Origin: a virus
DNA: 64,000 bases
Strand: one strand, 5' to 3'
IMG/VR virus record: IMGVR_UViG_3300027708_000021
Shown here: positions 59,930 through 64,000 of the stretch, one piece after another
Layout of the letters: each line of letters opens with the position of its first letter
How positions within the stretch are numbered: the first letter of the stretch is position 1
Translations under genes and position numbers: made by a program
The notes under the pieces: generated by a model
Told to the model about the DNA's origin: nothing
The model's database searches: none
Seen by the model: only the letters and a program-made list of their open reading frames with translations

Positions 59930-61102
59930 ATGGGTACCGGCTTTTTCGGCCAGGGCGGCGATCTACTACAAGCATTCGGTCAAGGCATTGTTGCATTACC
60001 TGGCGTAAAAGATTACTCACACGCAGCTAAAACATTTGAGACCAACGGCTATCAATTATCACCCCGACTCAAATTTTTATATCATGTCTTTTTTAATATT
60101 AATACTGGACAAATTCCTCAGCTTCAAGCGGCCTATGGTTCTGGCACAGTAGAAACTATTGGCATGATGGTTAAAAGTATTGACTTACCTAAATTTAAAG
60201 TCGACACAACAGTAATGAATCAGTATAATCGTAAAAGAGTTATACAAAGTAAAATGCGCTACGAACCAAGTCGTATTACAATGCATGACGACCAATCTGA
60301 TTTAATTCGTAATCTGTGGTACAATTATTACACATATTATTATAAAGATCCAAGTCAGAAATATCAAAGTGTACCTAACACATCTGGTACATTAGGCATG
60401 TTACAATCGATGAGTAATGGATTTAACTATAATGCCAATGACATTTATAGCCAAGTATTACAAAGTGCTGACTGGGGTTTTATCGGAGAAAGTTATTCCG
60501 ATGGTACTAATACTGGTACTACTAGTTCCGGCAAGCCACCATTTTTCCGTGATATTACTATCTACGGATTGAGTCAAAAGAAATATGCCGCATGGACATT
60601 AATTAATCCTATTATTAGTCAGTGGAACAGCGATAGTTACGATTATTCAGAAGGTGGCGGCACAATGAAAAATGATGTCACAATTGAATATGAAACTGTG
60701 AAATATTATTCAGGCGCTATTGGCAGCCAGCATCCATCCAGCAAGGTTCCAGGCTTTTCTGATCCAGCACACTATGATATTGTGCCTTCTGGTATTACTC
60801 GACCAGGTGGCACACGCTCAGTATTTGGACAAGGCGGATTGTTAGATGCTGTTGGTGGCACTGTAGAAGATTTACAAGCTCTTGCTAGTGGCCAGGGCGG
60901 ATTACAAAATGTTATTGGAGCTGTACAAAAAGCTGGCACAGCATATAATACATTTAAAAATCAAAATATTAATAAAATTTTACAACCAGAATTACAAAAA
61001 GCTGGAGTGCAAGTAGCCCAACAATTAGTGCCACAAGCAGTAAATTCAGTTAACGGATTTGTGTTTCCGAGAGCTCCGATAGTTCCACCTACTGTCCGAT
61101 GA
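59930..61102 (+). CDS. Tube-fold baseplate / tail-tube initiator protein (gp48/gp54-like)
   Basis: VKSIDLPKF...NQYNRKR..Q....Y.P..IT.HDD; LINPII..W..D..DYS; IEYETVKY. Confidence 0.6.
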   Translation: MGTGFFGQGGDLLQAFGQGIVALPGVKDYSHAAKTFETNGYQLSPRLKFLYHVFFNINTGQIPQLQAAYGSGTVETIGMMVKSIDLPKFKVDTTVMNQYNRKRVIQSKMRYEPSRITMHDDQSDLIRNLWYNYYTYYYKDPSQKYQSVPNTSGTLGMLQSMSNGFNYNANDIYSQVLQSADWGFIGESYSDGTNTGTTSSGKPPFFRDITIYGLSQKKYAAWTLINPIISQWNSDSYDYSEGGGTMKNDVTIEYETVKYYSGAIGSQHPSSKVPGFSDPAHYDIVPSGITRPGGTRSVFGQGGLLDAVGGTVEDLQALASGQGGLQNVIGAVQKAGTAYNTFKNQNINKILQPELQKAGVQVAQQLVPQAVNSVNGFVFPRAPIVPPTVR

Positions 61103-61108
61103 TAAATT

Positions 61109-61468
61109 ATGGCTAATATTAATAATACTAATCCTAACATAGATGCGACTGTGCAAATTTTTGATAGATTTTATTCTTATCAACAATCTGTTTCCGGGGT
61201 AGAATACGACGCTGTACATAGTTATTTGTTAAGTGTTTTTAAAACAGAAAAACAAGCAGGCAACTTCACATCAACAATGTTTAGAATGTCTGACGCTTCA
61301 GGAATTCCAGTTATGGAATTATTACAATCCCTACAAGGACTAGCTAAACCGCAGATTACTTTAACTTTTGCATATTATTTAAACACCTTTCAAAGCCCTG
61401 CTACTATGTTGGGACTTCAGCAACAAGTAATTCCTAATTACTACGTTGCCCATAACATCAAACAGTAA
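61109..61468 (+). CDS. Hypothetical protein (tail/baseplate module)
   Basis: 119-aa ORF in the tail operon. Confidence 0.5.
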   Translation: MANINNTNPNIDATVQIFDRFYSYQQSVSGVEYDAVHSYLLSVFKTEKQAGNFTSTMFRMSDASGIPVMELLQSLQGLAKPQITLTFAYYLNTFQSPATMLGLQQQVIPNYYVAHNIKQ

Positions 61469-61473
61469 TTATC

Positions 61474-61905
61474 ATGGCTAACTTTCGCCAAGGCTTCTAT
61501 GAAGTAAAAAATTCTTCAAAATATGTTGGCAATGGTAAACCAAAGTTTCGCTCCGGCTGGGAGATGACTTTCATGATGTTTCTCGACTCTAACGATAACG
61601 TTATAAACTGGGCCAGCGAGCCTGTAAGAATTCCTTATCGCAATCCTCTGACTGGCAAAATGACTATGTATGTTCCAGATTTTATTGTAACTTACCGTGG
61701 TCCAAAAGAAACAGTAAGAGCTGAATTGATCGAGATTAAACCTAAAAAACAAAGTTTAATTGAAAGTAAGATGAAGGATCGGGACAAAGCTATAGTAGCT
61801 GTCAACTATGCTAAGTGGCATGCTGCTACACTATGGGCCAAGCAAAACGGGCTTACTTTTAGAGTTATTACAGAAGAAGATATCTTTAGGCAGGGTAAGA
61901 AGTAA
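61474..61905 (+). CDS. gp4: Head completion nuclease (T4 gp4-like, TnsA-type fold)
   Basis: KYVG...P.FRSGWE..FM.FLD.N..V..WASE...IPY, YVPDF, LIEIKPKKQ, N.AKW.AA, FRVITE. Confidence 0.88.
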   Translation: MANFRQGFYEVKNSSKYVGNGKPKFRSGWEMTFMMFLDSNDNVINWASEPVRIPYRNPLTGKMTMYVPDFIVTYRGPKETVRAELIEIKPKKQSLIESKMKDRDKAIVAVNYAKWHAATLWAKQNGLTFRVITEEDIFRQGKK

Positions 61906-61937
61906 TCTACCCCAGCCAAAATACTGTAAATAACAGT

Positions 61938-62438
61938 ATGACTAAAAAATTAGAAAATTTATTTGGTTTTGATCAGCTTGAAGATCCACAGGATATTCCT
62001 GTTGTTGAAAATATGACCCAAGAAGAGACTCGTCATGCTATTGTAGAGCTAGACGAAAAAATAGATAAAATTGACCATGCTTTGCCTGCTATTCGTGACT
62101 TGGCTGCGAGCGACAAAGAACTTGACGAAATAGCCGATTTAGCCAAACAAAGTTATCAAGATTTATCAGATCTTGGTATGAACGTGGACAGTAGATTTAG
62201 TGCCGAATTATTTGCTGTAGCCAGTAATATGTTGGGGCATGCTCTAACTGCTAAAACTACTAAACTGAATAAAAAATTAAAAATGATTGACTTACAACTT
62301 AAAAAGTTAAAGTTAGATCAAGATGCTGCTAAGAAAGCTGGGGATTTAAACAGTATTCCTACAGCCGAAGGACAGGTACTAACTCGTAACGACCTCTTAG
62401 AACGCTTACTTAGCGATAGAGCACAAAAAGACAATTAG
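61938..62438 (+). CDS. Helical late protein, possibly terminase small subunit-like
   Basis: TAAATA 5 nt before ATG; helical coiled-coil composition; assignment tentative. Confidence 0.35.
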   Translation: MTKKLENLFGFDQLEDPQDIPVVENMTQEETRHAIVELDEKIDKIDHALPAIRDLAASDKELDEIADLAKQSYQDLSDLGMNVDSRFSAELFAVASNMLGHALTAKTTKLNKKLKMIDLQLKKLKLDQDAAKKAGDLNSIPTAEGQVLTRNDLLERLLSDRAQKDN

Positions 62439-62463
62439 TATAAATATAATATAGGAAACAATC

Positions 62464-63072
62464 ATGAAAAATTTTAAAGATTACTTAGCAGAAAGCGAAA
62501 GAACCTACAACTATCGTATTAAAATAGTTGGTGATTTGCCCCAGGGATTTTACAATTCCCTCAAAGGTAAATTAGATCAGTTTGATCCCGTAAAGATTGG
62601 AGCCGAAAAAAGCACTCCGATCCAGGCCAAGCCAGCTGATTTTCCAGCATGTGAAAACGAAAAAGTTACTAGTATCGATGTAGAATTTCGTTACCCAGCT
62701 ATCGAGCCACAGATCAAACAAATCGCTCGTTTACTTGGCTTAGATGAAAATAAAATTATTATGCAAACATCTGTTTACGGAGATAACGAAGCTGATTATA
62801 AAGCAAAACTTGAAGCACAAGCTGATCCAGTTTTAACAGCACCATATCCAGCAGATGATGCCAAACAAAAAGAATTGATTAAAGATTATTCAGCTGATCC
62901 ATATGACCATGCTGTATTAAAAAATTCTTATCGCAGTAACTTTACCGTTGCCGGCGGCAGTCCAAAGCCTGCTGAAACAACAAATGATTTGCCCATGGGC
63001 GATGATAGTCCAATGACACACGCAGAGAAGCGTCCACGCAAGCCAGCAACTGGCGCACAACCAAGAGGATGA
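62464..63072 (+). CDS. Probable internal head / prohead core protein
   Basis: N-terminal MKNFKDYLAE resembles the T4 capsid-targeting sequence MKTYQEFIAE; TATAAATA at 62439. Confidence 0.55.
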   Translation: MKNFKDYLAESERTYNYRIKIVGDLPQGFYNSLKGKLDQFDPVKIGAEKSTPIQAKPADFPACENEKVTSIDVEFRYPAIEPQIKQIARLLGLDENKIIMQTSVYGDNEADYKAKLEAQADPVLTAPYPADDAKQKELIKDYSADPYDHAVLKNSYRSNFTVAGGSPKPAETTNDLPMGDDSPMTHAEKRPRKPATGAQPRG

Positions 63073-63076
63073 TAAG

Positions 63077-63628
63077 ATGAGCACAACCATATTTAGAAAA
63101 TATATTGATCTTATCAATGAGGTCCAACAACTTAATGAACTTAGCCCAGATTTATTGCGTAGAGCATCCGATGCCGCTGGTGCTAAAAGAACAAGTCTAG
63201 CTGGCCCAGAAAACAAAGCCGCTAGACAAAAAGCAAGTGGCCAAGAGGAAAAGTTTTATCAAGGTCAAATAGATAGATCTAATGCTAATCCCGCAGCAGG
63301 AACACAAGCAACAGCAAACGCTTACATTGAAAAATTAAAACAAAATGGGTGGAATCAGATTACTGATCCTCAACAGATAGCACAGGCAGCCGCACGTCTT
63401 GGCTGGGACAAATATAGCCAACCTCCGCAAGGAGTAACATGGTTTACTCACCCGCAAAACGGAGAGTCTGCATACATTGATCCTAAAAATGGTCAACTTG
63501 TTCGCTCTGGAAATGGGCAACAGCGAATAGGTCAGTCATTTGGGAATGCCAAAGCTATGCATCCACAAGCAAGTGATAGCGCAAAGTGGAATGCAAATAA
63601 CCCAAACCAAAATGTTTTTAAACCATAA
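63077..63628 (+). CDS. Probable internal head protein
   Basis: FRKYIDLINE..LNE N-terminus with (I/L)xE prohead-protease-type sites. Confidence 0.45.
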   Translation: MSTTIFRKYIDLINEVQQLNELSPDLLRRASDAAGAKRTSLAGPENKAARQKASGQEEKFYQGQIDRSNANPAAGTQATANAYIEKLKQNGWNQITDPQQIAQAAARLGWDKYSQPPQGVTWFTHPQNGESAYIDPKNGQLVRSGNGQQRIGQSFGNAKAMHPQASDSAKWNANNPNQNVFKP

Positions 63629-63646
63629 TATTATATAGGATCTGAA

Positions 63647-64000
63647 ATGAACAATTTTTTTTACAACTTAAACAAAACACTGGCTAGCATTGGCAATGAA
63701 CAAGAACAAATTGCTAAGGAAGTAGCCAAGGCAGCTGAGAAGTCCCCAGTTCGTAAATCTCTCGAAGAGTCCTTACGCAGTGACATGAAGGCCCTAATGG
63801 AAGATGGCACAGGCGGAATGAACTTTAGTGGCTCAGGCTCATTAGAAGAAAAAGCTGGCTACTCTGCTAAAAAAGCAGCCGCTGGCAAAGACATCGGTAA
63901 GCCTGGCAAGAATTTTTCTAAGATTGCTAAAGATGCTGCTGAGCGTTACGGTAGTAAAGAGCGTGGCGAGAAAGTTGCTGGCGCAGTATTGAATAAATTA
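63647..64000 (+). CDS. Probable prohead core / internal protein (3' truncated)
   Basis: AGGA SD, ATG 63647, frame open to the window end (MNNFFYNLNKTLASIG...SLEESL..LME..LEEKAG...); not in the ORF track. Confidence 0.55.
   Translation, partial: MNNFFYNLNKTLASIGNEQEQIAKEVAKAAEKSPVRKSLEESLRSDMKALMEDGTGGMNFSGSGSLEEKAGYSAKKAAAGKDIGKPGKNFSKIAKDAAERYGSKERGEKVAGAVLNKL

Noticed and set aside
61474-61905. TnsA-like transposase indicating a mobile element
   Set aside because: Motifs and position match the T4 gp4 head-completion nuclease; no other transposon genes or ends
1-64000. Stop-codon reassignment (alternative genetic code)
   Set aside because: Genes are full length and densely packed in the standard code; TAA, TGA and TAG all end genes

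Overview
A 64 kb AT-rich segment of a large T4-like (contractile-tailed) dsDNA phage genome in the standard genetic code; no tRNA, CRISPR array, integrase or reverse transcriptase was seen. 1-24.6 kb: Gly/Asn/Thr-rich virion and tail-fibre genes, one with a C-terminal S74 chaperone, plus a TPR-glycosyltransferase on the minus strand. 24.6-39.9 kb: four tandem RCC1/BLIP-II beta-propeller repeat genes; manual blade counting suggests 7-blade propellers nested inside one another. 39.9-48.5 kb: a modification cassette (2OG-Fe(II) oxygenase-like protein, sulfotransferase, FkbM methyltransferase, TPR-glycosyltransferase, GT4-methyltransferase-GT2 fusion, APS-kinase/nucleotidyltransferase fusion, DUF2061, Maf/DUF115-like transferase). 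48.4-64 kb: T4-like core genes (Nudix, gp15, gp14, gp13, exonuclease, dNMP kinase, gp18 sheath, gp19 tube, gp4, probable internal head proteins). Regulatory signals: many TAAATA late promoters, several sigma70 promoters, probable leaderless starts, a T4-style start-occluding hairpin and two candidate structured RNAs. The best candidate for a new system is a phage-encoded glycosylation/sulfation/methylation pathway coupled to giant, sequon-rich, branched propeller and fibre proteins. All family assignments come from motif recognition by eye; no searches were run.
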